From positions 4,960,001 to 5,024,000 of the forward strand of contig OZ024753.1 in assembly GCA_964016885.1 (NCBI GenBank): 64,000 bases of DNA. The letters are read 5' to 3'. A program made the position numbers and the translations under genes. The DNA comes from Eledone cirrhosa. Taxonomy: Eukaryota. Shown in pieces: positions 13,975 through 26,699 of the stretch. The notes beneath the pieces are model-generated. The model ran no database searches. It was given only the letters and a program-made list of their open reading frames with translations, and had not been told where the DNA came from. The stretch's first letter is position 1, and each line of letters opens with the position of its first letter.

Positions 13975-14929
13975 CATACAGTGCATAATAACGAGGTTTT
14001 AGACGGTGGTTACGCCGATTTATACATTATCGCTCTTCACTGTGGCTAATATTTAGTTGTAACTTACCATCATATACGGGTAGTATAAATTTAATGAAAA
14101 CGAAACCCATAAATGATACTAATAACGACACTAATATGTTTACGTTTAAAGGCTCAACAATTTAACATTTTATATTTTGACTGTTTACAAGGCAAATTAT
14201 TGTTTTAAATGAAAATAAGAAACTATATGACAGTGGAGAAGCAAGGGAATATGATATAAATAAGATATAAGGTAAAAGAGAAAAGGCGAAGAAAGGAATG
14301 GAGATGCGAAAATGAGGCAGAATAGACAAATAAATAGAAAATAAAAAGCAATTAACAAGTGTCTGCAAGAAATATATTAAAACATATTCACGTATTAGAT
14401 TGAGCAGTGATGGAAGTAAATATGGTATGTGTGTATATAATTAAAGAGGAAAAGGAAAAATAAAGTATCGAAACAGAAGGAAAGAAGAAGGTAAATGTAA
14501 AGGAGGGAAGAAAGAGGTGAGGTATACTAACGTGTTTATACACAAAGGCGAGAAGAAAAGAAAATAAAGTCACACATTGTGTGAAGGAAATAAAACAAAC
14601 TAAATGAAAAGAAACAGATTAAAGATTAAAGCCATGAATGAAACAATTGATCAGTACTTAAATAATATAGAAAAATCAATTTAAAAAAAGTAATTTCGAG
14701 TTCTTTTTCTAATTTTAAGGAAAGAAGATTCCAGCTTACCGAAAAGTCTACAATCTTCTTTGACAACATTTAGCTAACAGAAATTATTTCTCCATAAAGC
14801 TAGGAAGGCGAACTCTAAGTATTCCAAGGTTATTCAAAACACTTTAAACGACTTTCAAATTCCTTTGAAGAAATTCGCAAAATTTTCTAGAAATTCCCCT
14901 ATAAAGGAACAATATATGCAACTTGTGGA

Positions 14930-15134
14930 TGCAAGGATCGGCTGAGAAATTCATAGGCTGAAATGTTCATAGTCTGACCAAGGAATGGTAAAATGAGGTT
15001 TATTTTTCAACATAACCCCTGGAAAGAAACGAGGCAGTTATTAATAAGATTTGAGATAAATGCATGCACAATTTCACAGATCTAGCATCATTCCTTTATA
15101 GTCAGTCTATAAATTTTTCAGTCGAGCCTCGTAT
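14930..15134. mobile_element. mariner-type MITE (~200 bp)
   Basis: Termini caaggatcggctgagaaattcataggctga and cagtctataaatttttcagtcgagcctcgta. Homologous to 40357-40559. Confidence 0.7.
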
Positions 15135-15496
15135 AATAACATTAGGTAGCATGTAGTTAATGTTATGATGGGCTAATTTCTAGAATTTAATTACTTGAAT
15201 GGAAACGTTAGTATGAAGACCTTCTCAGAAGTGCGCAAGCTGCAAAAAATAGAACCATTAAAATATGTATTTGGAAATTCGTACTACTTCATCTTTCACC
15301 GTTCATATTTCTGCGCTGTAGAGGTAGCATTCTATTCTCAGGACACCTAACAGAGATTGTGAGGTGTGTTGAGTACAACTAAATATGTTCATTATCATCA
15401 GCTAACTTCATTTGGGCACAATACAATAATGAGGTGGTTACAACCATTCATCGATTGGTTCGTACTGTTACCGTTGGTCACTACATACACCTATAA

Positions 15497-15647
<151 letters not shown>

Positions 15648-15799
15648 ATATATTGCGTGTATGTGTTTCATACAGTATTTGCTACATCATATGAGACGAT
15701 AGTCCCTTTAAATAGCTTATCACCATTACGGTTTATCCAAAATCTATCTTAAGAATATCATAATAAACTTTCAGAAATGTATTGTAAAATTGATTTTTA

Positions 15800-16060
15800 A
15801 AATTATTAATGGAGATAATATGCTGGTCAAACTCTAAAGTATTGAGAAGTGCCTTACAAATACATGGGAACAATTCCATTACGTCAAACTGGTTGAATTT
15901 AGAATTATATTTATTGTTTATATGGGTAAACCTTTCAATTACAGTAGCACTGTCTTTCCATGCAGGCAAATTAATGAGTTGAATAATTTTAAAGATAATC
16001 ATATCTAAAATATGTTTTCTAACTATGTTCAGTTCGCTTTGAATGGCTTCAATTGCGTCA
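15800..16060 (-). mobile_element. Penelope-like element reverse transcriptase fragment
   Basis: QSELNIVRKHILDMI..WKDSATVIERFTHINNKYNSKFNQFDVMELFPCICKALLNTLEF resembles the PLE RT block (W.NT..VI.WF..I..K....F..FDI.EFYPSI...LL..AL.F). Confidence 0.7.
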
Positions 16061-16164
16061 GCTATTACATGGAAAATTATCCTTAGGAGTTTTAAATGAG
16101 CTTTGTATAATGCCAAATAGAGATGTGCATGTGTTCACGTTTATGTATGTCTTAGGTTTGTGTA

Positions 16165-16234
<70 letters not shown>

Positions 16235-17595
16235 TGTGTGTGTGTATGACAGATGTCGTTTATGTATTCAAGGATTTAAACACAGCTACGATAATTTTAC
16301 GTTTGGGAGGAAAATAGAAATGGGAAGATAGAAAGAATTGGGGTTTTGTTTTATAGAACTAATAAAGAGCTGCTTCATTCATGCGCGCTGTGATGTGTTA
16401 TGCGATATTTACTATTTCAATTATTGCTACGTTTCTATCACATTATTTCCTGATAACTGCAGATATATAGACAATCTAAAATGCAATATGTAATACACTA
16501 TACACTGAATCTAAATGAGACGCAACAACTTTGAAAATATACATAAAGCTTAATGTAGAATACTATCTTTGAAGAAGACTCAATTCGTGTAAACTAATTA
16601 GCGAAATAGGATACGTTATTCTACAAAGGAAATAAAACAGGATGGTAGATTCCTCCGAGCATATGAACTATAAGGAAACGGTGCACAGTGGGAAGAATAC
16701 AATTAATTATATGAACTTATTGTTTACATACACTTCCCACAATTCTCATTCATTCTGTCATGCCATGCTACAATATATATATATATATGAAAATTTTGAA
16801 AGTGTGACCGTCCCAAACGTAGAAAGAAATTTAATAACAATCGACAATAGTTAAGAAAATTAGCTAAAATAGCCTTGGAGACGGAAATATATGCGTGTAG
16901 GGGGTGGGGGTATGTATATGTATGCATGTGTGCGTGTGTGTGTGTGTATGTAACGTAATATCACGAGCTATACGTAAATACAAAAAAAGAGTGATACTTC
17001 ACTTTATTAAAAAATATATATGGAATTCATAGGAATAAACAGAAAACTCGAACGCAAGGAATAGCTCTTGTTAAAACAACCGAACTTCTTGAGTTCGAGT
17101 TTTCAAATGATTCCTATGTATTTCAAATACACTCACACTTCGTCTCGGAGCAACAATGTTTATTTAAAATGCATATAATTTTGTTTAAGAATTCTGAAAG
17201 AATTTTTTTGGTTAAATATCTGTTGATTTGCTATGTAAAAACTAAGAAAATCTTCTAAATGTCTCCAGCTTTGAATAATTCATCAGTAAAGGTATATGAA
17301 AAGGCTTTATAGAAAATGGTCTAAGCAAATACAGTTTTACATGAATAATGATATAACTTGGTCACACAGTTTCTAGATATACACAAAACGTAAGAAAAAT
17401 GAATTAAAAGTTGGATAAGCCAGTGGCAGACAATAATAAAAACAAAGACAACACCAAGTAAAACCAAATAGAAAAATGTCAATGAATCTACAATTTTTTT
17501 TCCAGCACGAATATATAATGTGTATTATACAGTATTTCTGACATTTCTTGTTCAACTTCACGTGTATAAACATATGTATGTATGTATGTATGTAT

Positions 17596-18657
17596 TTGTC
17601 TCTCTTTCTCTTAATTTCGAGTATATTTTTGACCGGCCACCTTCCTGGTGGCAAGGTTATAAAAGAAAAGAAATTGTCATCCCTTGAATCGCAAGAATGT
17701 TTTGCAAACTTTGAAGGTGCCAGCTATCGCAGCCATTTGTAGACTATGAATTAGGGAGCTGCGCTCTTTGTCCGCAAATACAAGTTCAGTTATACATTGG
17801 TCCAAGAGGGTTGGTATATAACCCGTAGCTCCAATAATGATGGGTATGAAGCTAAAGGTGTATCTTGGATACTGGATTTGTAAACTCCTCATCAATGGTC
17901 CGTAGATGTCCTCCTTCTCCTGTATTTTTCTGACAATGTTTACATCAAGTGGGAAGCTGATCTCTACAACAGAACACGTTTTCAATGTGTGGTCCAAAAC
18001 AACAATATCAGGCCGGTTGTGCTTTAATTTGGTGGCAGTTTTTATTTTCAGGTTCCACCAGTATTCTTCAGTGCCATCTGTCTCAATATATTCTTCCTCG
18101 TTTGTTTTTAATTTTGTTTTCCGAAGTGCGTTCCAGATGGTTCTAGCTATCCCATCGTGTCTCATGGGGAGGTAGTAGCGAGATGACATTCTTTCGCAGT
18201 TGGCAACAATGTGGCTTACATCTTCGATCTTTGTTTTACATAGCCTACATTTATTGTCAGCTGATAGCCATCCTCTTTTGTGCAGCAGATATTTGGTAGG
18301 GAGTTCTTGTTCTTGTATTGCATAGAGATATCCCTCAAGGTGATGTCATAAACTTGTCGGAACTCCATGCCAGACTTTTTGAGTGGTTTATCCCCTCTAT
18401 GGTCTGTGTTTTACGTCTCAAGTATCCATGCATAACTTTTCTGTAAATTGGTCAATTTTTTCTTCTTGTTTGAACATTGAATAGGATCTTCCGATTTCTC
18501 AGGGCGAGAGATTTATATCAGGCTTTATTCCATATCTCTCCTCCAGATCAGTGGCTATCCTAATGATATTTTTTCTTCATGCTCATAAAGCTGGGCAAGA
18601 TGGTTGCCAACCTTTTTCCTCTGTTGAAGATGTTGCTTCAGTGTTACTATCCGGGTC
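17596..18657 (-). mobile_element. 5'-truncated R4/Dong-clade retrotransposon: CCHC knuckle, restriction-like endonuclease and 3' UTR
   Basis: Frameshifted EGYLYAIQEQE..CRLC..HIVANC upstream of the 170-aa ORF RHDGIA..HNRPDIVV..VVEIS..EKEDIY..PIIIGATG (PD-D/ExK RLE). Flanked by (TATG)n on both sides. Confidence 0.85.
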
Positions 18658-18685
18658 TCATATGATGTTAATATAGATTTTAGAC

Positions 18686-18716
<31 letters not shown>

Positions 18717-18768
18717 TGTATGTATGTGTGTATGTATCTATGTATGTATGTATAAATGTATGTATGCG

Positions 18769-18850
<82 letters not shown>
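18686..18850. repeat. (TATG)n + (TG)n microsatellite
   Basis: Seen directly. Confidence 0.95.
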
Positions 18851-18853
<3 letters not shown>

Positions 18854-19348
18854 ATGTGTGTATTAATGTATGCATGTATGTATGTTTGTATATTTATATT
18901 CTCCTTGTCAGTTCTAAACATCTCCGCTACTGGAAGGCCAGGACTTGGACTTCTGTTGTCAGGGGCTGTATGAGACGCAATCCATTTGGGGTATTTTAGT
19001 AGAGAGTAAATTGCCAGGCCTACTTCCACTCCTGTAATGACAACCTTGGGAGAACCAAAAATACAGGGCAAAGGTGAGTTACTGGAACCTTAAAACCAAT
19101 TGCTCCGTTGTGACAATTTAAGATAAGGATTACTTTGATTTCAAAACCTTGGTACTGTGTCTGTAGCACTGAGAGAAGGTGGAGTACTTTAGCTGTAGTA
19201 AAAAGCTGTTTATCCGGGAGAAGGGATGTTCTGAAATGAAATCTCATCAGTGCGTGGCCAGGAAATACTGAATATAACGCCTCAGCGTGCAATATACCAG
19301 TGGAAGTAATATTCTCCAAGATTGTTATAGAAGCAAATGTCTATAACA

Positions 19349-19960
19349 CTAGCAGAATGGCCCGGCGTTGCTCGGGCTTCTAAACATAGATTCGCATGTT
19401 TATCCCTCCTTTCTGAAACAGTACAGAGAAGTACGGAATACCTCGGCCTGGAGATGGTGTCTACATTTTGTGCTTAGGCAAATAATTTTCCATTAAGATT
19501 TTTCAAAACCATGTAATTGCGTTCCCTTTCTTTTTTGTTGTTGTTTTTGCTGCTGTTGATGTGATAGCAGCCGTTGGTCGTACTACTAACACAGTCTCGT
19601 CCTTCTTCAGCCAATCGTGTATTTCCCCTTCTGCCTCGTCTACCTAAACAATGATAGTAGCACCTCCTTGTACACAATGTTCCTTGTTCTTCCGTGTCGG
19701 GCATATGCAAAGAGATTTGTCTTGCTTCCCACTCTTGAGCAGCCAACGTATAGTTGCCCGTGTGAAAAACATGACTCTTCCAAAAGAAAACCAGCAACAG
19801 CTAGGGTTGACCCTGGGATTCGTTGATAGACATTGCAAAGCTGACACGGTTCGGCGAATGGCTCGTTGGTTGTCTGTTTCAAGTGCTCTTCTGGTGGCAG
19901 TACGTTCAGCATCTTGCGACCGTCGAATAGCAGATTCCACTGACGATTCGTTTATAACAA
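19349..19960 (-). mobile_element. internally deleted (non-autonomous) Helitron with intact 3' terminus
   Basis: PIF1-type helicase C-terminus (GSTLAVAGFLLEESCFSHGQLYVGCSRVG..NLFAYA..GRTRNIVYKEVL). Minus-strand subterminal hairpin CCCGAGCAACGCCGGG (19361-19376), then the CTAG end (19349-19352) followed by T. The 5' boundary is uncertain. Confidence 0.85.
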
Positions 19961-19983
19961 TGGGTTCATAACAATGGGTTTAA

Positions 19984-20196
19984 TTAGAGGGCGAAGAGCA
20001 GCAAGCTATCACTCTGAAAGGTGCCTTTTTGGTAGACAATGCTATCAGATTCAATGTGCTCCTTATCACCCCTAAGGATAAAAGTGGTGTACCAAGTCAT
20101 GGTCAGGCGTTCGATAGCAGCTACTAATGGTTGTACGACTTTGGATAACTCTAAAGCCTTGAAAATCCACCCTTGTGGTTTATTATCAAAATCCAT
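19984..20196 (-). mobile_element. short R4/Dong RT fragment
   Basis: DFDNKPQGWIFKALELSKV..AIERL..W.T...KGTFQSDSL aligns with DYRKVFDSVPHSWMIEGLQLAKV..AIERL of the adjacent element. Confidence 0.7.
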
Positions 20197-20438
20197 GTAT
20201 GTATGTATGTTCTTCTGGTTTTATAATTTCACACATTTTTTCCAATAGAGAGAGAGTCGGTTTCTAACATAGACACAAGGCTCTCTCATTGGAATTTACA
20301 CAACATCAACTAGGTAGATTATGCATGCATGCCTGCATGTGTAGATATGGATGTTATTGTATGTGTGGATGTGGATGTTTTGAGTTGTATGTGTGCATGT
20401 GTATATGCTTTGTATCTGTACATGTGTATATGCAGTTA

Positions 20439-23400
20439 TTAGATGCAAGCTTTTTGGAATGTTTTACATATTTCTACTGTTCCATTAATGGATTGTACTT
20501 GTAATTTCATAACTAGTTGTGTTCTTTCTGTTCCTGTGAAGCGTAGCTTCTCAAGATGTGTATTGAGGCAGTTACTAACATACCCCAGTGCCCCAATAAT
20601 CACAGGCATAAATCTGAAGGTGTAATCAGGGTGGAGTATCTGCAGATTTCTCATCAGTTCTGCATAAATATTCTCCTTTTCGTTAATCTTTGATATTATA
20701 TTGGCATCTGCTAGGCAGCAAATTTCCACTACTGTGCATGCTTTCTTCTCCCTGTCCCATATCATAATAACTGGTCTGTTATGCCTGCATTTTATTGGAG
20801 TTTTTACCGGAACATTCCACCAGTACTCTTTCATATTATGTACATGGATGTCTTCCACATTGCTGTAGCTTTAAATGTGTTTATTATCGGGGTTATCTTT
20901 TTTACGAACTGCATTGTACAGTGTTTTGGCCACTACATCATGCCTCATAGGTAGATAGTACCGCGATGACATCTATGGACAGCTGCTGATGACATGGGTG
21001 ATATCCTCGATGTTAGTTCTGCAGAGTCTGCACTTGTTATCACATCTAGGTGTTTTGCCTGCATCCGTATCTCTTTTGTGAATCAGGTATTTCGTGTTAA
21101 TCTCCTGTTCTTGGATTGCAAAAGCGTATCCTTCAAAGTGGGAGCCAATATAGCGTTTGTTGGTCCAAGATAGACTACTTTCCTTATCTATATTACTATC
21201 ACTCTGGAGCTTCCTGGCAACATATCCATGCATGATTTTTTGCTGATAAGCATGCAGTTTTTCATCCATGGATTCACTGCGATAGTGCTGAGCGACTTCC
21301 CTGGGTGTGAGTTTTTGATTATCACATAGGGAATATCTCTCGAGGAGTTCCTTCGCAACTCTCATGATCTTATCTGTTTCATGCAGATAGACTTGCTCGA
21401 GAAACGGGCTCCTACGGTTCGATGTTCGTAGATGTTGTCGGACAGATATGATGCGACATTCAAATGTCGTCTGCACTGATGTTTGGCCTCTGCCTCCCTG
21501 CTTACGTTTCAAGTAAAGGCGGTCTATGTCACTGTTGATGTGGAAGTTTCCGGTGTTGTTTAGTATTTTTTCGAGTTCCAACATCAACTGCTCGGATTTC
21601 GTCTATCGTCCAATTGAGTATTCCAAACGTTGGTGTTAGGACAGGCACAGCAAACACATTGTGAGCCACTGATTTGTTTTGCGTAGAGAGTTCCGATGAC
21701 CAGATCTTTCTTAATCGGGTGTAGTATTCCCTGGTTACGCGTTCTTTATTACAGATACCATTATAGGATATGTTCTCATCTATCTCCAGGTATCTGTAGC
21801 AGTCCTCATCAGATATCGGTGAAACAGTTAGGCCATTGATGACAATGTTGCTAGATTGGGTTGTTGTTTTTCCCCGCTTTACAGTCATGTATGAGCATTT
21901 ATCTTGGCCAAACTCCATTCCTATATCCTCTGAGAACGTTGTAACCAGGTCAAGATTTTTCTTCATCCCATCCATGTTCTTGGCATAGAGTTTCAGATCG
22001 CCACAAAGAAATGATGGGTTAGGTTCGTATTTCTGTCCTCCTGTGAGCCAATGATGTATCCCTCACATTTCTTGAGCAGAAAGGACAAGGGGTTTAATGA
22101 CAATATGAATAATATCAGAGAGACTGTCCCCCCGAAATATACCCCTGCAATATTTTATTTTATCAGTGAAAATAGAGTCCTCTCTCTCTCTCTGTCTTTA
22201 ACCTTAGAATAGTAGCCCAAGAAGAAGACAGCCTCTCTATGGCTCTGACAATAATGTCTGGGACTTTAGCAAGTTGGAGGCCCTCTATCATCCAAGAGTG
22301 GGGAACAGAATCGAAAACTTTCCTGTAATCCAGCCAGACTGTAGCCATATTCCTCCTAAGTTATAGCACCTCCGACATCGCAGTTTTGTTGATTAGGAGT
22401 TGTTCAGCACATCCCCAAACCCCTTTCTTTCCAGCTGCTTGTTCATCTGTGATGATGTTATTATTGTCTCAGTGATCGTGGAGGAATAGGTTCAGGCAGG
22501 CTGTATACATCTTATACATCAGGTTCTGGTATGTAATGGGTCGGTAGTTTTTTGCCAAGTGGGTGTCTTTGTTCTTGGGGACCAGTAATGTTTGTGCTAA
22601 TGTCAACCATTCTGGTATAAGTGTACCTCCCTTAAGAACTTGGTAGAGGTCAGGAGGATACCTCCGATAGAATATCAGTTTTTTGTACCAGTAGCCGACA
22701 ATCATGTCTCTTCCTGGTGTTTTCCTATCACAGTCTCAATGGTACCCTCACTTATTTCGTATGTTTTTGTTGTAGTGTAGGAGCAATAGTTCTTTCGGAT
22801 TTCTCTCAGCCACACTGCATTTTGGTTGAAATTCTTCTTTTCACCCCATATTTTGCTCCAAAAGGAATCTATATCTTTCTGGGATGGGGCCTCAGTGACA
22901 CTTATTATTTTGTTCTTCATATCTCTATAGACTGATGTTTGGTTTCGTCTGAATCTTTTATTAAGCACTTTTCTCTCATATACCTTCTTCAGGTATCGGC
23001 GTTTTTCGCTAACAACTCTCAATTCTTGTTTGAGGGTGATCAGCTTATATTGAAGAGTTCTGGTTCTACTGTTACCAAACATCGTCTCTATTTTATTTTT
23101 CACTCCTTGTTGGTGAGGAGTGAGGTTTTTTTGTGTTTATTTGCATGTAAGGAGCATTGTCACATATCCTATGGTTTTTCGTAAGTCAGCAATCTTTTTT
23201 TCTATTTTAGTTATATATGATGGTATTTTTGGTGGTGTTCTGTTCTTGTTAATATCTCTGCTATCACCAAGAAAATGATTCACTGTCGTTGCTAGGGCAT
23301 ATAAACAGGCGTTGAATTGCCTTGTTTTTATCCGTCGTAAATATTCATCCCCTATTTCGTCAATAACACGTAATATTTCATTATTTGTTTTTTTATTAAA

Positions 23401-24292
23401 TATTATCGTTTTAATACGTTCAGCAAGAGAGATATTTATACATGAATTAATTTCTCTCTGGAAGATTTCGTTGGGGGAAATTTTCAATTGTTTATACTTT
23501 TTATTATTATCATTATCGATAGTATTTTCCACAACAGTCGAGGTAGACTCGGATGGTACACGTGGTGTCAAATTTCTTCGATTATTATTATTATCGATAG
23601 TGTTTTCCCCAGCATTCGAGGTAGACTTAGATGGTACACGTGGTGTCAAGTTTCTTACAGGCATAGTTGTTTCAAGGCATTGTTCGACCTGGCTGCTAGG
23701 AAGTCTAGTAGCATGGCGACCTGTAGCACGTGTTGTTGATCCCCTGTTTGTTGTGGGGGACTTACAATTAATAATATTTATCTTATTTTTACGTTCAACA
23801 AACGTCGCTTGTTGGCGTAATTATTTCGCTGTGAAATAATTTAGCTCTGTGTGCATTTCGTCCCAGTGTAACTTCATTCTGTTCATATAGCCAATGGAGG
23901 GATTGTTTTTTGCCATTTTTTAACAATTAATCATTATTAAGTTCGCAACTCCAAGAGAAAGGCGATTTATAATTTCGGTCTCTTCTGTAGCTACAACTGA
24001 ATAAAGTTTGATTACCTTTCTTGTTGGTTGTCTTCGGTACTTCCTTAATGTTGTTGTTGATGTTGTGTTCAGCCATACTGTTTATAGCAATTCCTTGTAA
24101 AATGAATTATGTATTTAGTCGGTTATCTCTACGAATTCGAATAAAAGGTGTCTTCAGAAGATATAGTTAGAAGAATAACCAGTTATTCAACATGACTGTA
24201 GTGATGGCATTACTGTCGGAGATAGTATTCATCTTAAATTTAATAAATAGTCTCCCACGCCAAAATATGCGACTGATCGCGTTGACTGTATA
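20439..24292 (-). mobile_element. near full-length, frameshifted R4/Dong-clade non-LTR retrotransposon
   Basis: Ordered pieces: N-terminal NPSIGYMNRMKLHW (near 23900), FWSKIW, NYRPIT, WLDYRKVFDSVPH, GIFRGDSLS, GMEFGQDKC, DRLYLKRKQGGRG, CRLC..HVISSC, HNRP..WDREKK..VEI RLE. The 5' end abuts (TATG)n. Confidence 0.9.
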
Positions 24293-24293
24293 G

Positions 24294-24358
24294 GTATGTA
24301 TGTATGTATGTATGTATGTATGTATGTATGTATGTATGTATGTATGTATGTATGTATG
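24294..24358. repeat. (TATG)n microsatellite
   Basis: Seen directly. Confidence 0.95.
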
Positions 24359-25102
24359 TGTGTGGGGGGGCGTGTGTGTGTGTGTGAATGCATGTAAGTT
24401 TATGTATATATGTATGTATATCTTTGTGTATGGATGTATATATAGATGTGTGTGTGTATGTACGTATGTGTGTATATATGTATATAAAATTGTATGTATG
24501 AGTGTAGTATGTATGTATGTATTATATATTTATCGCTATTTGAAACAATAGCAACTGCATAACTGTTCTTAAAGGTGTATGTTTGAAACTAGAACTTCGT
24601 AGCTATTTCTGAATTAGGCTCTAAATAAACTTGCTTGTGTTTATATGTGTGTGTACGTTGTATGTGTGCGTTTATATATAATATAAGTATAATATAAGTG
24701 TGTGTGAATGTTTGTTTGAGTATGGGCGGGGTGCGTATAGTTATCTCATCCGATTTTAGTGTTGGTAACGGCTTCATGTAATCTGGCTTTCTCAGTTGTG
24801 AGAAGCGATAGAAAGAATAAATTCTGAATGATCTCCCTTACACTGCAAATAGCTGCTAGAGTTATGCACCTTATGTTTATGCAATTGAAATCTTTATTCA
24901 TACATAGTCTAGCTATCGAGGCTATCGGAAATATATTTGTTACAATTTCTGTTGCTCACAATTACTCACTCAATAAGATATAGTTTGAACGTATAAGCGA
25001 GCTAACTACTCTCTGAGTGCTAACAAAATGTATATTTGTAATGGAGCGGTTGCACTATTGAAACAGCCATCAGGGTCCCGACTCTTTCATATATATATAT
25101 AT

Positions 25103-25572
25103 TAAAAACAACAGAAGACCCGACTGGAAATTTACTTTAAAATTTTAATCCCGTGAAAACACTATGCATATTTTAATAGCCCAGTTTCATCATCTAATCA
25201 TGACACAAGACGTAGACGATGTCATCAGGTGTTGATTGCAGAATTAGTTATATAAGACAACAGGATTACGTCAAACAAAGAATAGAAAATAGAAAATTGG
25301 AAATAGATTACCGATTCGATTCTGAGATGGTCTGCTAATTCAGTGTTATAGCAACGGCAGACCTTCCCCGAATCGAATCGGTCTTCTATTTTCAATTTTA
25401 TATTCTTTGTTTGTGTTCGATGTAATCCTATTGTCTTATGGAACTAATTCTGCAATTAACACCTGGTAAAATCGCCTAAGTCTTGCATTATAATCAGATG
25501 GTAAAGCTGGTCCATCGAAATATGTATAGTGTTTTCTCTAAAGTAAATTTCCCGTCAGGTCTGTTGTTTTTA
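25103..25572. repeat. ~470-bp imperfect palindrome (foldback/MITE-like)
   Basis: Arms of about 230 bp. For example caggtgttgattgcagaattagtt pairs with aactaattctgcaattaacacctg, and accgattcgattc pairs with gaatcgaatcggt. Short central loop near 25337-25355. Confidence 0.85.
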
Positions 25573-25721
25573 GTGAATACTTAACTTCGTTCCTGCACCA
25601 ACACGGGATACCACATCTACGATAGATGATTTGCATAACATTGAGAACTTTGATGTTATTGCATCATCGTTTACTAACAAGTACTACCAGTTCTACCTAT
25701 TGGTAAACAATTCAGTATAAA

Positions 25722-25773
<52 letters not shown>

Positions 25774-26167
25774 GAGATCTTTAATATATCTCATATAAAA
25801 TAATACAGCCAATTATCCACACAATACAATATAGTTAGCACTCCAAACGTTTAATTGGGAATATACTCCGGTATTTCCTAATGTTTGTTGAGTGTGTTGG
25901 AAATTGGTCGGAGTATCGCTAATAGCTTTCTCCGTTTATGTAGTTATGCATGCATACATACATGTGTGTCGATAGTCAGCCAGTCGGACAAACAGACGGA
26001 CAGACTGGCGGATGGACAGACAGACTGCTTCAAATACTGAACATACACAAAAGGATCAGCTACCTTTAGTTTAGCTACTATATTCACCATGGTAAGAAAT
26101 TATAGCGACTCGTGGCATCTTATATTCACTCTGAATAACTTGAAGTTTCAAATAACAGCAGTAATAG

Positions 26168-26360
26168 AACGGTCCTCCATCGGTTTCGACAATGAGTGTT
26201 CTAGTTGTTCGACCAACGGAACAGCCTGCTCATGAAATTAACATGTACCTAATTGAGTATTCCACAGATACGTGTATCCTGAACGTAGTTCTCAAGAAGA
26301 ATCAGAGAGACACATTACGTGACATGGTTGGCCATTTGAATTACAGGTATAATCCATCCG
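26168..26360. mobile_element. SINE fragment (second family)
   Basis: aacggaacagcctgctcatgaaattaac..tccacagatacgtgtatcctgaacgtagttctc; its reverse complement occurs near 10200-10360. Confidence 0.65.
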
Positions 26361-26699
26361 ACGGCCTTCCAAGACCAGTCTCTTTGCAAGATATATGATT
26401 ACAATTAAGTTTTACAAATACGTCTTAAAGATAAAATATATTGCACCCGGAAAGAACTATGTGTTTGATAAACCGTTTAATAAACAGAAATTACCCAATA
26501 CTATCCAAAGATTTCATTAAAATGATTGTACCTCTATATACGTAAGTAAAACCGTCATTTTTATCACAAAGTATCGAAAAAGATTATAGTTAAATGTATC
26601 TGATTTAATAAAGTTCACATCTTTTATGGGATGCGTTCGGTCCTTAGGTTCGAAAATATATTTAGTTTCCATCTAAATCAGAAAATTGGCATTAGTCTG

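Noticed and set aside
18900-19330. 99-aa ORF 19020-19319 and surrounding higher-GC sequence
   Set aside because: No recognisable motif; probably a decayed TE.
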